Assembly: GCA_963773065.1 (NCBI GenBank)
Contig: CAVYZN010000031.1
Location: forward strand, 1-64,000
DNA: 64,000 nucleotides
Direction of reading: 5' to 3'
Source: an uncultured Gammaproteobacteria bacterium
GTDB taxonomy: Bacteria; Pseudomonadota; Gammaproteobacteria; UBA9214
Under the pieces are notes generated by a model that made no database searches, was not told the DNA's origin, and saw nothing but the letters and a program-made list of their open reading frames with translations. Positions 32,295 to 46,113 of this stretch are shown here, one piece after another (the stretch's first letter is position 1; each line of letters begins with the position of its first letter). Position numbers and translations under genes: made by a program.

Positions 32295-33206
32295 GTGTCT
32301 GATAAGCCCAAAACATTCCAGGACCTGATTCTTGCGATCCAGAGCTACTGGGGACGCCAGGGTTGTGCCTTGCTGCAGCCCTACGATATGGAAGTGGGAG
32401 CTGGCACCTTTCACCCGGCAACCTTCCTACGGGCAATCGGGCCCGAGCCCTGGCGTGCGGCCTATGTACAACCATCTCGGCGGCCTACCGACGGACGCTA
32501 CGGTGAGAACCCGAACCGTTTGCAGCACTATTATCAGTACCAGGTGGTGATGAAACCCTCGCCACTGGATATCCAGGAGATCTATCTCGGCTCCCTGCGA
32601 GAACTCGGCATCGACCCACTAGTGCATGATATCCGCTTCGTCGAGGACAACTGGGAATCTCCGACACTGGGTGCCTGGGGTCTGGGCTGGGAGGTCTGGC
32701 TCAACGGCATGGAGGTCACGCAATTCACCTATTTCCAGCAGATCGGCGGCCTGGAATGCCGGCCGGTCACCGGTGAAATCACCTATGGCCTGGAACGTAT
32801 CGCCATGTACCTTCAGGAAGTCGAAAGCGTTTTCGATCTGGTCTGGACCGTGAGTGCGAATGGGCCTGTGACTTACCGGGACGTTTTCCACCAGAACGAA
32901 GTTGAGATGTCGGCGTACAACTTCGAGCAGGCGGATATCGAATCATTACTGTCCTGGTTCGATGTCTGTGAGCGCGAAAGCGGCCGCCTGATCAAGGCAG
33001 GGCTGCCATTGCCAGCCTACGAAATGGTGCTTAAGGCATCGCACACCTTCAACCTGCTGGATGCGCGCAGCGCCATTTCTGTCACCGAACGGCAGCGTTA
33101 TATCCTGCGTGTGCGCACCCTGGCGCGCCGGGTTGCCGAGGCCTACTACGAACGTCGTGAATCCTTCGGATTCCCCATGCTGGCGCCTGCGGGCAAACCC
33201 TCATGA
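32295..33206 (+). CDS. glyQ: glycine--tRNA ligase alpha subunit
   Basis: [27 protein letters not shown] and EITYGLER. Confidence 0.98.
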   Translation: MSDKPKTFQDLILAIQSYWGRQGCALLQPYDMEVGAGTFHPATFLRAIGPEPWRAAYVQPSRRPTDGRYGENPNRLQHYYQYQVVMKPSPLDIQEIYLGSLRELGIDPLVHDIRFVEDNWESPTLGAWGLGWEVWLNGMEVTQFTYFQQIGGLECRPVTGEITYGLERIAMYLQEVESVFDLVWTVSANGPVTYRDVFHQNEVEMSAYNFEQADIESLLSWFDVCERESGRLIKAGLPLPAYEMVLKASHTFNLLDARSAISVTERQRYILRVRTLARRVAEAYYERRESFGFPMLAPAGKPS

Positions 33207-35278
33207 CTGATCAACATGACCTGCTGATCGAGATCGGCACCGAAGAGCTGCCGCCCCTGTCGTTGCGTACACTGGCCGATGCCTTTAAATCCGCGCTGAG
33301 CGATTTACTGGATGAGTACCATCTGGCGCACGGTGCCAGTCATGCCTACGCTTCGCCCCGTAGGCTTGCGGTCCATATCGAGCAGATACCGTCGCATCAA
33401 CCCGACCGGGAAGTGATACGTCGCGGCCCGGCCCTGACCGTTTCCTTTGATGAGGACGGCAAACCGACCCAACCTGCGGAAGGGTTCGCGCGCTCCTGCG
33501 GTGTTACGGTTGCGGAACTCGATCAACTGGAAACCGGCAAGGGCAGTTGGCTATCTTGGCGCATGCGTGAAACCGGCAAGGCGTCAACGGAGGTCATTCC
33601 GGAACTCATTGAACTTGCCCTCAAGGCTCTGCCGGCACCCAAGCGCATGCGCTGGGCTGACCGGGACGAGGAGTTCGTACGCCCCGTCCACTGGATCCTG
33701 TTATTGTTCGGCAGGGATCCTGTCAAGTCGAAGATACTTGGCTTGACGGCTGACCGTTACACACGTGGTCATCGTTTTCACTGTAACGAAAAGATTAACG
33801 TCGCTGAACCCGCCGTGTATGTGGAAACACTGGAGAAAGTTGGCCGTGTGCTCGTGGACATGGATCGGCGCCGTGAGACAATACGCCGCCAGGTGATGGA
33901 CGCCGGAAAGGCATTGGGTGGCAAAGCACTCATCGACGAGGAGCTGCTTCAAGAAGTCACCGCACTGGTGGAATGGCCGGTGGCGATTGCCGGCGATTTT
34001 GAGCACCGTTTTCTCGAAGTTCCCGCAGAAGCGTTGATCTCGAGCATGCAAGACCATCAGAAGTTTTTTCCGGTCGTCGACGGCAACGGTAATTTGATGC
34101 CGCACTTCATAACCGTCGCCAACATCGAGAGCAAGGATCCGGCACAGGTAAAGGCCGGCAATGAACGCGTCATTCGACCGAGATTGGAAGATTCCGTGTT
34201 TTTCTGGAACCAGGACCGCAAGCAACCACTGGAATACCGTGCCGGGCAACTGGACGCAGTGACCTTTCAGCAGCAACTCGGCTCACTGGGTGACAAACAA
34301 AGGCGCATCGAGGTCATCGCGACATTCATTGCCGGTTCGCTCGGTTCCAATACCGAACTTGCACAACGCGCAGCGGCTCTCTGCAAATGCGATCTGTTGA
34401 CCAGCATGGTGTTCGAGTTCCCTGAATTACAGGGCGTGATGGGGCGTTACTATGCTGTACACGACGGTGAACATCCCGAGGTAGCGGCCGCACTGGATGA
34501 GCAATACCAGCCACGCTTCGCCGGTGACACCTTGCCAAGCACACACACCGGCCAGGCGCTGGCCATCGCCGACCGGCTGGACACACTGGTAGGCATCTTC
34601 GCCATCGGTCATCCACCCACGGGTGACAAGGATCCGTTTGGACTGCGCCGGGCTGCGCTTGGTGTATTGCGCATCATGATCGAACACAAACTTGACCTTG
34701 ACCTGCATGAAATGATCGCTATTGCAGCTGCGATCATGCCGGCGCAGGTAAAGGCTAGCAGGATCACAGTTGACCTGTTTGCCTTCATGATGGAGCGCCT
34801 TCGCGCCTACTACCTTGATGCAGGTTACGATGGCGATGTTTTCGAGGCCGTTCTGGCATGTCAGCCGGTACGGCCATTGGATTTTGACCAGCGCATGCAC
34901 GCGGTTAAGTCTTTTCGCAACCTGCGGGAGTCGGAAAGCCTGGCTGCCGCCAACAAGCGTATCCGTAACATACTACGCAAGTCCGGAACAAAGATACCTG
35001 CTGTCTATGACAGCGATCTGCTGCAGGAAAGCGCTGAACGGACGCTCGCAAAAGCGGTTCGTGATCTTGATGCAATCGTCACTCCGTTATTTGAAAAGCG
35101 TGCCTACACCGAGGCACTTTGCAAGCTCGCCGCCCTGCAGGACCCGGTGGATCGATTCTTTGACTCGGTCATGGTCATGGCGGACGACCCGATAATGCGC
35201 AACAATCGACTGGCCCTGCTTAGTGTGTTGTCTGATCTATTCTTGCGGGTCGCAGACATCTCGCGTCTGCAGGGATAG
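33203..35278 (+). CDS. glyS: glycine--tRNA ligase beta subunit
   Basis: [35 protein letters not shown] and [10 protein letters not shown]. Confidence 0.97.
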   Translation: MTDQHDLLIEIGTEELPPLSLRTLADAFKSALSDLLDEYHLAHGASHAYASPRRLAVHIEQIPSHQPDREVIRRGPALTVSFDEDGKPTQPAEGFARSCGVTVAELDQLETGKGSWLSWRMRETGKASTEVIPELIELALKALPAPKRMRWADRDEEFVRPVHWILLLFGRDPVKSKILGLTADRYTRGHRFHCNEKINVAEPAVYVETLEKVGRVLVDMDRRRETIRRQVMDAGKALGGKALIDEELLQEVTALVEWPVAIAGDFEHRFLEVPAEALISSMQDHQKFFPVVDGNGNLMPHFITVANIESKDPAQVKAGNERVIRPRLEDSVFFWNQDRKQPLEYRAGQLDAVTFQQQLGSLGDKQRRIEVIATFIAGSLGSNTELAQRAAALCKCDLLTSMVFEFPELQGVMGRYYAVHDGEHPEVAAALDEQYQPRFAGDTLPSTHTGQALAIADRLDTLVGIFAIGHPPTGDKDPFGLRRAALGVLRIMIEHKLDLDLHEMIAIAAAIMPAQVKASRITVDLFAFMMERLRAYYLDAGYDGDVFEAVLACQPVRPLDFDQRMHAVKSFRNLRESESLAAANKRIRNILRKSGTKIPAVYDSDLLQESAERTLAKAVRDLDAIVTPLFEKRAYTEALCKLAALQDPVDRFFDSVMVMADDPIMRNNRLALLSVLSDLFLRVADISRLQG

Positions 35279-35472
35279 TTAAATTACTCATTGCAGTGCC
35301 ACTACGATCGTAAAGTGAACATCCTCGGTGAGAAATATGCATATGATAATCCATTGCCATGCATTGACTATTTTTTCATCAAGCATGCATGCCGCTGTGT
35401 CACTCTGTTTCCTTGACGTGTTTGTGGTGAACTTGGAGTTCAGCATGAAATATCACCTTCAAAAGTCCATCT

Positions 35473-35808
35473 ATGACAGATAGTGATTCCTTTAGTGCGA
35501 TGCTGGCTGCCGTACAGTCATTCCACGACAAACATAATTTCAAGAATACCGGTGGTGAGGAACTGGCCTACCGTGTTGCCCTGATGACCGAGGAATTGGG
35601 GGAGATCTCCTCCTGCATCACCAAGGGCAAGGATATCCATAAGCTATCTGAAGAATGTGCCGATCTCTTTATTCTCTTGATCGGTACCGCCATAGCGGCG
35701 GATTTCGATATGAAGGAGGCGTTCTGGACAAAGATGAAGAAGCTTGAGAATCGTGAATCCCGCGTCATCAACGGACGCATTCGGGTATCCGAGTTCCGTG
35801 ACATGTGA
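35473..35808 (+). CDS. MazG-like nucleotide pyrophosphohydrolase
   Basis: EELGE...EECAD acidic motifs of all-alpha NTP-PPases. Confidence 0.75.
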   Translation: MTDSDSFSAMLAAVQSFHDKHNFKNTGGEELAYRVALMTEELGEISSCITKGKDIHKLSEECADLFILLIGTAIAADFDMKEAFWTKMKKLENRESRVINGRIRVSEFRDM

Positions 35809-35905
35809 TTTGCAATTATGCAGGCTCTTTTACTCGTTATGCGTTCCAGTATTAATTTCGTATCATCTGATACCGAATCATAGTCGCACAAGAATGTGTA
35901 CTTCC

Positions 35906-36469
35906 ATGCAGCTTGTCATTCTCGATCGCGATGGTGTTATCAATATAGACTCAGATGATTACGTCAAGTCACCGGCTGAATGGATACCAATCCCCGGCAG
36001 TCTTGAAGCCATAGCCCGCCTTCATCGTGCCGATTGGCACGTTATTGTAGTTACCAACCAGTCTGGTATCGCTAGAAGGCTTATTGATCTGGACATACTC
36101 GTACGCATACATGAAAAAATGCATCGTAGCGTCTCCGAAGCTGGCGGATTAATAGATGCCGTTTTTTTTTGCCCACATGGCCCGAATGACAACTGCAACT
36201 GTCGTAAACCCAAGCCCGGTCTGTTTCTGGACATCGCCCGCCGGCTTCGCATCAACCTTTATGGTGTCCCAGCAATTGGCGATTCGTTACATGATCTGCA
36301 GGCAGCCCAGGCTGCGGGCGCATCCCCCATTTTGGTCAAAACAGGCAAGGGATCCTCTACCCTAAACAATCCCGAAATCACGATCGATGTACCGGTATTC
36401 AGCAGTCTTGCCGGTGCAGTGGACGCACTGTTGGTCACCAATCCGAAGGATAATTCGAGTAGCCAATGA
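35906..36469 (+). CDS. gmhB: D-glycero-D-manno-heptose 1,7-bisphosphate phosphatase
   Basis: LDRDGVIN, TNQSG and CPH..CNCRKPKPG. Confidence 0.93.
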   Translation: MQLVILDRDGVINIDSDDYVKSPAEWIPIPGSLEAIARLHRADWHVIVVTNQSGIARRLIDLDILVRIHEKMHRSVSEAGGLIDAVFFCPHGPNDNCNCRKPKPGLFLDIARRLRINLYGVPAIGDSLHDLQAAQAAGASPILVKTGKGSSTLNNPEITIDVPVFSSLAGAVDALLVTNPKDNSSSQ

Positions 36470-37215
36470 ACCAAGCATCTGCTCATCAATTCCAGTGGTT
36501 CGTACTCTATCTGCGTGCACTGGCTTTCTGGCTGGTCTTTGCCACCACCACCGTGCTTGCGGCCGTACTGGTCCTGCTAATGTTCCCCCTGAAGCTACGA
36601 CAACGGCAAAGATTTGTTACCTGGTGGGTAGGATTTATCCTCTGGTGGCTTGAGGTAACATGCCAACTTCGTTATGAGATCAGCGGACAGGAAAACATTC
36701 CTACCGGACCCGCCATTGTCTTTGCCAAACATCAATCCACTTGGGAAACACTCGCCCTGCAACACATATTCCCGTCACAGATATGGGTAGCCAAGCGCGA
36801 GTTGCTCTGGATACCGTTTTTTGGCTGGGGCCTGGCGCTAATGAAACCAATTGCCATTAAACGCGGCACCGGTCGTGCAGCCGTAATGCAGTTGATCCGG
36901 CAGGGAAAGGAACGTCTGAAGGAAGGTTTTTGGGTGATAATCTTCCCCGAGGGAACCCGTGTCCCACCGGGCCAGAAGGGTCGTTACCGGATTGGCGGTG
37001 CTGTGTTGGCTGAGCATTCGGGTTACCCAGTTATTCCTGTTGCACACAATGCAGGTGAATTCTGGCCTCGCCACAGCTTTATCAAGCGACCGGGAATTAT
37101 CCAGGTACACATTGGTCGCACCATCTCACCTGCTGGTAAGTCGGCGCAGGAAATCATGCATGTTGCAGAAAACTGGATTGAATCCGTTATAGCTAATATA
37201 AAAACAACTAACTGA
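36466..37215 (+). CDS. plsC: 1-acyl-sn-glycerol-3-phosphate acyltransferase
   Basis: KHQSTWET and FPEGTR motifs. Confidence 0.88.
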   Translation: MNQASAHQFQWFVLYLRALAFWLVFATTTVLAAVLVLLMFPLKLRQRQRFVTWWVGFILWWLEVTCQLRYEISGQENIPTGPAIVFAKHQSTWETLALQHIFPSQIWVAKRELLWIPFFGWGLALMKPIAIKRGTGRAAVMQLIRQGKERLKEGFWVIIFPEGTRVPPGQKGRYRIGGAVLAEHSGYPVIPVAHNAGEFWPRHSFIKRPGIIQVHIGRTISPAGKSAQEIMHVAENWIESVIANIKTTN

Positions 37216-37248
37216 TATACAATAGCTACGTAATGCCATCATATATAC

Positions 37249-39684
<2,436 letters not shown>

Positions 39685-39696
39685 TCAAGCGAGGCA

Positions 39697-40791
39697 TTAT
39701 AGCACCTCATGAATCACGCCATGTTCCACGTGGAACCTTTTTATTGCGGACCACGCTGCCAGGTTAATGGTGTGCGTATCAATAACTGTCACAAAGATCT
39801 GGATTCCAATTTCCTGTAGACAGCTGAGAATGCGTAACTGGTATTCCTCATCCAATTCACTGCCGAGATCATCGAGTAAAAACGCCCCTCGTGGCGCATT
39901 CAAGGAACATTGCAGCTTCATCTGGCCCATCAGTAAAGCCAATGTAATTGCCTTTTGCTGACCACGCGAGTAATTCGACTTTACATGCCTGCCATCTACC
40001 AGCAATGCAATATCAGCTCGATGCGGGCCACAGTGGGAATAACCCTGGGCAAGATCCTTATGGAGTGTTTTTTTCATTGCAGCATGTAACGCGACATCTT
40101 TTTGCCATCCAGATATATAGCGAATAGTCAGCGTCCTGCCGGGTAGTAGACTCTCCAATTCAGTCTGGATATGCGGTTCCAAGTTAACGAGATAATTCCG
40201 TCGCATCTGGTCTAGGCTCTCAGCCGCATCCACGAGTTCCCTGTCCCATGCAATTACCTGTATTGATGGCGCATTGGATCTCAATGCAGCATTACGCTGC
40301 CGAAGGGCACGGGCGTAACGTTGCCAAACGTTTCGGTAACCATGTTCCACGTGGAACAATGCCCAGTCGAGGGACTGGCGTCGCCAACGTGGTCCACCAT
40401 TCAGAAAGTTTGCGGTATCTCCAGCCATAATCGTGACCGGGAAACATCCCGCTAATTCCGAAAGCTTTTGCACGTTTTGACCAGCAATGTGAATCCGGTA
40501 GCGACCATGACAACGTTCCATCCCGATCGGGACCGCTCGCTCTCCCGTCAAACCAATCCGGCCAACGAGTTGGTAGGCAGGCTGTCCTTCCCGGACAAGG
40601 TTGTTTCCATCGAGGGTACGAAATGAACGCACACGGCCTAAACAATAAATGGCCTCCAGGAGGTTGGTTTTCCCAGCCGCATTAGACCCCGAAATCAGGT
40701 TGAGACCATGTGAAAATGACAAACTTGCGCTCTCAATATTGCGAAAATTGCCAATATCTAGCGAAAGCAGTCCCGTGGTTGTTGCTGACAA
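39697..40791 (-). CDS. recF: DNA replication/repair protein RecF
   Basis: GSNAAGKT Walker A, GPHRAD, SRGQQK and LLDDLGSELD. Confidence 0.94.
   Translation of the reverse strand: MSATTTGLLSLDIGNFRNIESASLSFSHGLNLISGSNAAGKTNLLEAIYCLGRVRSFRTLDGNNLVREGQPAYQLVGRIGLTGERAVPIGMERCHGRYRIHIAGQNVQKLSELAGCFPVTIMAGDTANFLNGGPRWRRQSLDWALFHVEHGYRNVWQRYARALRQRNAALRSNAPSIQVIAWDRELVDAAESLDQMRRNYLVNLEPHIQTELESLLPGRTLTIRYISGWQKDVALHAAMKKTLHKDLAQGYSHCGPHRADIALLVDGRHVKSNYSRGQQKAITLALLMGQMKLQCSLNAPRGAFLLDDLGSELDEEYQLRILSCLQEIGIQIFVTVIDTHTINLAAWSAIKRFHVEHGVIHEVL
39722..39737. promoter_or_regulatory. parS site (ParB binding)
   Basis: TGTTCCACGTGGAACC, matches the parS consensus, inside the 3' end of recF. Confidence 0.85.
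40343..40358. promoter_or_regulatory. parS site (ParB binding)
   Basis: Perfect palindrome TGTTCCACGTGGAACA inside recF. Confidence 0.9.
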
Positions 40792-40841
40792 GGATTCTTA
40801 AGTTAACAGGATGGAGTGGGTACGGCAGAGACGGAATATAA

Positions 40842-41942
40842 TTACAAGCGCATCGGCATGATCACATAACGGCAGTCACTAATCCCGGGTTTATAGATAA
40901 GTGCACTGCTATTGGCATCTGCCAACATAATTTCAACATCATCGGTATTAATTGCAGTCAACACATCCAGTAGATAGGTAACATTAAATCCAATCAACAG
41001 TGGTTCATTCTCATAGTCGACCTCAATTTCCTCGACTGCCTCTTCTTGTTCAGGATTATGTGCTTGAATTTTAATATTATTTCTTGATAAATCCATGCGG
41101 ATTCCACGGTACTTTTCGTTGGAAAGAATTGAGGTGCGCGACAGGGCCTGGCGCAACACCTCCCGTTTAACCAATAAGCGCTTATCAGCACTCTTTGGTA
41201 TGACGCGGTGGTAGTCGGGAAAGCGTCCATCAATCAATTTTGAAGTAAAACGCAATTCATCCGTGGTAATACGAATGTGATTTGTGCCGATTTCCACCTG
41301 TATTGGTTTCTTATTTTCTTCCAGCAAGCGGTGCAATTCCTGCACCCCCTTACGTGGGACAATCACCTGTTGCACTTCACCGTCGCCGACGTCCACGGCA
41401 AATTCACACAGGGCCATACGATGCCCATCAGTTGCAACAGCGCGCAATATACCACTGGATGGTTCCAACATGAGGCCGTTTAAGTAGTAACGTACATCCT
41501 GCTGAGCCATGGAAAATGCGGTGCGTTCGATCAATCGGCGCAGGTCATCCTGTGGTACTTGGAATGAGCGTGCGCTTTTTATCTTTTCCACGACTGGGAA
41601 ATCACTGGCCGGCATGGTGGTCAGTGTAAAGCGACTCTTGCCCGAACGGATCTGGGCACGATCTTCGCTGATGGTTATATCGATTTCATTGCCTTCCGGT
41701 AGAGAACGGCAGATTTCGAGCAGCTTGCGTGCCGAGAGTGTGATATCACCCACTTCAGTGATTGTTATACTGACCTGTGTTTGCAGTTCCACTTCAAGGT
41801 CAGTTGCAGTCAGCTTCAAGCCTTTCTTGGTTGCGTTGAGTAGTACATTACCCAGTATAGGTAACGTCTGGCGTCGTTCCACGACACCGGCTACCTGTTG
41901 GAGTGGTTTCAGAAGTGTTTCACGCTGAATGGTAAGTTTCAT
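40842..41942 (-). CDS. dnaN: DNA polymerase III beta sliding clamp
   Basis: ATDLE, QDVRYYLNG, ATDGHR and terminal YVIMPMRL. Confidence 0.98.
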   Translation of the reverse strand: MKLTIQRETLLKPLQQVAGVVERRQTLPILGNVLLNATKKGLKLTATDLEVELQTQVSITITEVGDITLSARKLLEICRSLPEGNEIDITISEDRAQIRSGKSRFTLTTMPASDFPVVEKIKSARSFQVPQDDLRRLIERTAFSMAQQDVRYYLNGLMLEPSSGILRAVATDGHRMALCEFAVDVGDGEVQQVIVPRKGVQELHRLLEENKKPIQVEIGTNHIRITTDELRFTSKLIDGRFPDYHRVIPKSADKRLLVKREVLRQALSRTSILSNEKYRGIRMDLSRNNIKIQAHNPEQEEAVEEIEVDYENEPLLIGFNVTYLLDVLTAINTDDVEIMLADANSSALIYKPGISDCRYVIMPMRL

Positions 41943-42145
41943 AATTGATTAAATTAAGATTTAAAAATATGATTGTTTATATTATTACAAGCATTGGGTT
42001 ACTGTTGGTAAGTATAAAAAATCAATGGTATTCAATTTCATGCATCAACTACAACCCCACCTAAAACTCCGTAGCTCAGTGTGTATAAGCTGTGGATAAT
42101 CAGGGATAAATATCACTCCGAATAGTTGTCCACAAGTTATCAACT
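41943..42145. other. probable replication origin oriC (dnaA-dnaN intergenic)
   Basis: AT-rich tract at 41943-42040 next to DnaA boxes TGTGTATAA (42080), TGTGGATAA (42091) and TTGTCCACA (42126). Flanking operons largely point away from this region. Confidence 0.75.
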
Positions 42146-43492
42146 TCATGTGGTCAGAGTTCTCAACAAGTTGTTGTAGTCTTCATTGATGCGCGCATCC
42201 AAGTCCCTGAGTTCAATAACCTTGCGGCAGGCATGTATCACAGTGGTATGGTCCCGTCCACCGAAGGCATCCCCGATTTCGGGCAGGCTGTGCGTGGTCA
42301 GTTCCTTCGCCAACGCCATCGCGATTTGGCGGGGACGGGTAATGGTTCGACTGCGCCGAGGTGAGAGCAGGTCGGCCACCCGTATCTTGTAATACTCCGC
42401 GACCGTCTTCTGGATATTTGCCGTGGTAACCAGCTTGTCCTGCAAAGCCAGCAGATCGCGCAAGGCTTCTTTGGTAAATTCAAGCGTTATTGGCTGACCA
42501 GTAAAACGTGCACTCGCGATGACGCGACGCAGGGCACCTTCCAGTTCACGGATGTTGGACTGGATGCGTTTGGCGATAAAGAACGCGACATCGTCCGGTA
42601 AGTTGATATTGCTCTGAGTTGCCTTGTTCATGAGGATCGCCACGCGGGTTTCCAGCTCAGCCGGCTCTATGGCTGCCGTAAGCCCCCAGCCGAAGCGCGA
42701 TTTTAGGCGTTCTTCCAGACCCTGGACCTCCTTGGGATAACGGTCACAGGTCAGGATGACCTGCTGTTGGCCTTCTAGCAAGGCATTGAATGTATGGAAA
42801 AACTCCTCTTGAGACCGCTCCTTGCCGGCAAAGAACTGGATATCGTCTATGAGCAATGCATCGACGTTTCGGTAGAAGCGTTTGAAGTCGTTGATGGCAT
42901 TGTGCTGCAACGCCTTGACCATGTCTGCGACAAAACGTTCTGAATGCAGGTAGATGACGCGGGCAGTCGGATTGCGCTCATGAATTAGGTTGCCAACGGC
43001 ATGCATAAGGTGGGTTTTGCCCAGCCCGACACCGCCATAGATGAACAGCGGGTTATAGGCGCCCCCAGGGTTCTCCCCAACCTGCATGGAGGCGGCGCGT
43101 GCCAATTGGTTGGATTTGCCGCCAACGAAAGTCGCGAATGAGAAATCGGGGTTGAGATTGCTTTTGTACTGACCTGGAATCGGCTTGTCCGTCGCCGGGC
43201 TGCGCAGCGTCAGCGCAGGTAATGCCGCTGCGGGTTCACTGCCCCGCTTGGTACTGCCGATATCGAGTAGTACTTGGGTTTCAGCCTCGGGGTTGATGTC
43301 ATGCAGGGTGCGTGAGATGGTATCGAAATGGTGTTTACTGACCCAGTCGAGCACGAACTGGTTAGGTGCCAGGAGGCGCAGACTTTCCGGGGTTTCGATG
43401 GCATGCAACGGACGTATCCAGGTATTGAATTGTTGTTCGGGAAGTTCATTTTCCAGGCGAACCAAACACTTTTGCCAAAGCGACACTTCCAC
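42146..43492 (-). CDS. dnaA: chromosomal replication initiator DnaA
   Basis: [31 protein letters not shown] and GGRDHTTV. Confidence 0.98.
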   Translation of the reverse strand: MEVSLWQKCLVRLENELPEQQFNTWIRPLHAIETPESLRLLAPNQFVLDWVSKHHFDTISRTLHDINPEAETQVLLDIGSTKRGSEPAAALPALTLRSPATDKPIPGQYKSNLNPDFSFATFVGGKSNQLARAASMQVGENPGGAYNPLFIYGGVGLGKTHLMHAVGNLIHERNPTARVIYLHSERFVADMVKALQHNAINDFKRFYRNVDALLIDDIQFFAGKERSQEEFFHTFNALLEGQQQVILTCDRYPKEVQGLEERLKSRFGWGLTAAIEPAELETRVAILMNKATQSNINLPDDVAFFIAKRIQSNIRELEGALRRVIASARFTGQPITLEFTKEALRDLLALQDKLVTTANIQKTVAEYYKIRVADLLSPRRSRTITRPRQIAMALAKELTTHSLPEIGDAFGGRDHTTVIHACRKVIELRDLDARINEDYNNLLRTLTT

Positions 43493-43562
43493 CAGACAAG
43501 CCTCCCTTTTTGTTGTGAGCAGTGCGATGCCAGGTGGGGAAGTCTATACCTGTCATTACAAG

Positions 43563-43571
43563 TTATCCACA
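43563..43571. promoter_or_regulatory. DnaA box in dnaA promoter region
   Basis: Perfect TTATCCACA about 70 bp upstream of dnaA, consistent with autoregulation. Confidence 0.8.
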
Positions 43572-43705
43572 CTCACTCCGTTCGCGCCGGCGGAATACTT
43601 TCAGGTTGACAGCCTGTCCGCTAAAACAGTACCCTTTGCGACCTTTTCACGCCGCAAATTTGGTGTGGATGATATCGTAGTAATTTATTTGGGACCTGGC
43701 GTGTC

Positions 43706-43840
43706 ATGAAAAGAACTTTTCAACCCAGCAACTTGAAGCGTAAACGCACGCACGGGTTTCGTGCGCGCATGAGTACCAAAAGCGGCCGAGCAGTTATCAA
43801 CGCACGTCGTGCCAAGGGCCGGGCGCGGCTGTCCGTCTGA
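43706..43840 (+). CDS. rpmH: 50S ribosomal protein L34
   Basis: Manual translation [44 protein letters not shown]. Confidence 0.97.
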   Translation: MKRTFQPSNLKRKRTHGFRARMSTKSGRAVINARRAKGRARLSV

Positions 43841-43850
43841 ACCCTTACTC

Positions 43851-44219
43851 TTGCGTTCCAGCCTGGCGCATTTTCCACGGCAGGCTCGACTGACGCAGCC
43901 CGTCGAGTATCGGCGGGTATTCGACCACAGCCGTTGCAAGGCAAGTAATCGCTGGATGACAGTACTAGCCACCCATAATTCCCGGCATGGGTCTCGTCTT
44001 GGTTTGGTGATATCCCGCAAGTCAGTGCGTACCGCTGTAGCCCGTAACCGCATCAAACGCCAAGTAAGGGAAAGTTTCCGCCATTGGCAGGTGCAACTGG
44101 GAAGTCTTGACATCGTAGTCATCGGCCGCGTGGGTATTGCAATGCAACCAAACAGGGTTCTTGCAGAGGCACTCGAAAAAATCTGGAAACAGTTGATGGA
44201 TTCATGCGCTTGTTCTTAA
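43851..44219 (+). CDS. rnpA: ribonuclease P protein component
   Basis: FPRQARL, RLGLVISRK and AVARNRIKR (RNR motif). Start codon uncertain. Confidence 0.93.
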   Translation: MRSSLAHFPRQARLTQPVEYRRVFDHSRCKASNRWMTVLATHNSRHGSRLGLVISRKSVRTAVARNRIKRQVRESFRHWQVQLGSLDIVVIGRVGIAMQPNRVLAEALEKIWKQLMDSCACS

Positions 44220-44440
44220 TACAACTCATCAAGGCTTATCGGTTTCTGCTGAGCCCTTGGCTTGGCGGACACTGCCGGTTTCATCCGACCTGCTCCTGTT
44301 ATGCGATCATCGCCATCGAACGTTACGGCGCCCTGCGCGGGAGCGGAATGGCATTGCGCCGTCTATTACGCTGTCATCCCTGGCACCCCGGCGGTATCGA
44401 TGAAGTTCCGGACAAGGAAGTGACCTGCCATCATGGATAA
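44204..44440 (+). CDS. yidD: membrane protein insertion efficiency factor
   Basis: CRFHPTCS and RCHPWHPGG. Confidence 0.93.
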   Translation: MRLFLIQLIKAYRFLLSPWLGGHCRFHPTCSCYAIIAIERYGALRGSGMALRRLLRCHPWHPGGIDEVPDKEVTCHHG

Positions 44441-46088
44441 CCAGCGCCTGTTCCTGTTTGTCGCCCTCTCCTTCGTGGTCCTGCTGTTGTGGCAGGCCTG
44501 GATAAAGGACTACGGTCCTGTGACGCAGACGCAGCCTGCACCGGCTGAGACGGAACAGCCGATCACCGGTACCGCGCCCGGTGAGGACGTGCCGCCAGTA
44601 ACCGGCGTCGTACCCGCGGCTAAAGAAGGCCTCATGCCGGAAGAAATCGTACTGAATACAGGTCAACAGATACACGTGGAAACCGATACCTTGAGCGCGG
44701 TGATCGATACAGTCGGTGGTGATTTGCGCCGCGCCGATCTGCTTACTTATCCCATAACAATGAAGCCGGATTCCCCGCCGTTTCGCCTGCTGAACGACAC
44801 CATGCCGGATTTGTTCGTGGTCCAGTCGGGTTTGCGCACGCCGGACGGCGCTGAACCCACCCACCATGCCGAGTACCATGCCGATCAGAATTACTACCGG
44901 TTAGATGCCGCTGCCGACACCCTGCAGGTCCCTCTACACTGGCGCAGTCCTGAAGGGGTTGAAGTTACCAAACTCTACACCTTTCACCGCAGCGGCTACG
45001 TTGTGAATATTGACTACCAGGTCAAAAATGGCAGCGCTGCCGACTGGCGCGGGCGCGAGTATCGCCAGTTGCAGCGCAGCCCGCTGGCGGCGGCCAGTCA
45101 GTCTAAGTTTATCCGCACTTACACCGGCGCCGTACTCTACAGTCCGGATGACAAGTACCAGAAAGTCTCGTTCGCGGACATGGACAAGAGCGCGCTGGAT
45201 CGCAACATAACCGATGGGTGGGCAGCCATGATCCAGCATTATTTCCTGGTGGCGCTGATTCCGGAGCGCGGTGATAACGATCGCTATTACACTAAGACCC
45301 TGAGTGGTCCGCGTTACGTAATCGGCCTGATCTCCCCGGAGCGGACGATTCCTGCCGGCGGCACCACGACGTTCCACACCCGCCTGTATGCGGGTCCCAA
45401 GCTTCAGGATCACCTGGCGGAGGTGGCGCCCGGACTGGAGCTGACGGTGGATTACGGTCGGCTCACCGTATTGGCCCAGCCGCTATTCTGGCTGCTGAAG
45501 ACCATACACAAGCTGGTCGGCAACTGGGGTTGGTCCATCGTGTTGCTTACGCTGCTGATCAAGCTGGCGTTCTACAAGCTGTCGGAAACCAGTTACCGTT
45601 CCATGGCCAACATGCGTAAGCTGGCGCCGCGGCTGCAATCGCTCAAGGAACGCTACGGCGACGACCGCCAGCGCCTCAACCAGGCCATGATGGAGCTCTA
45701 CAAGAAGGAGAAGATAAACCCGCTCGGTGGCTGCCTGCCGATCGTTGTGCAGATACCGGTGTTCATCGCGCTTTACTGGGTGTTGCTGGAGAGCGTGGAA
45801 ATGCGCCAGGCGCCGTTCATGCTGTGGATCAACAATCTATCCTCGCCCGACCCCTACTACGTGTTGCCGCTGCTGATGGGCGCAACTATGCTGATCCAGC
45901 AAAAGCTCAATCCGGCCCCGATGGATCCGATCCAGGCAAAGGTCATGATGGCGCTGCCGGTGGTGTTCACCGTATTTTTCGCCTTTTTCCCGTCCGGACT
46001 GGTGCTCTACTGGGTGGTCAACAATACCCTCTCCATCGCCCAGCAGTATGTGATCACGCGTCGCATCGAGCGCGGCGCTAAAAAATAA
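44433..46088 (+). CDS. yidC: membrane protein insertase YidC
   Basis: MDNQRL, VDYG, GNWGWSI and NPLGGCLP. Confidence 0.97.
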   Translation: MDNQRLFLFVALSFVVLLLWQAWIKDYGPVTQTQPAPAETEQPITGTAPGEDVPPVTGVVPAAKEGLMPEEIVLNTGQQIHVETDTLSAVIDTVGGDLRRADLLTYPITMKPDSPPFRLLNDTMPDLFVVQSGLRTPDGAEPTHHAEYHADQNYYRLDAAADTLQVPLHWRSPEGVEVTKLYTFHRSGYVVNIDYQVKNGSAADWRGREYRQLQRSPLAAASQSKFIRTYTGAVLYSPDDKYQKVSFADMDKSALDRNITDGWAAMIQHYFLVALIPERGDNDRYYTKTLSGPRYVIGLISPERTIPAGGTTTFHTRLYAGPKLQDHLAEVAPGLELTVDYGRLTVLAQPLFWLLKTIHKLVGNWGWSIVLLTLLIKLAFYKLSETSYRSMANMRKLAPRLQSLKERYGDDRQRLNQAMMELYKKEKINPLGGCLPIVVQIPVFIALYWVLLESVEMRQAPFMLWINNLSSPDPYYVLPLLMGATMLIQQKLNPAPMDPIQAKVMMALPVVFTVFFAFFPSGLVLYWVVNNTLSIAQQYVITRRIERGAKK

Positions 46089-46113
46089 ACCCCCCGCTTG
46101 CGGCGGTCGTCCC

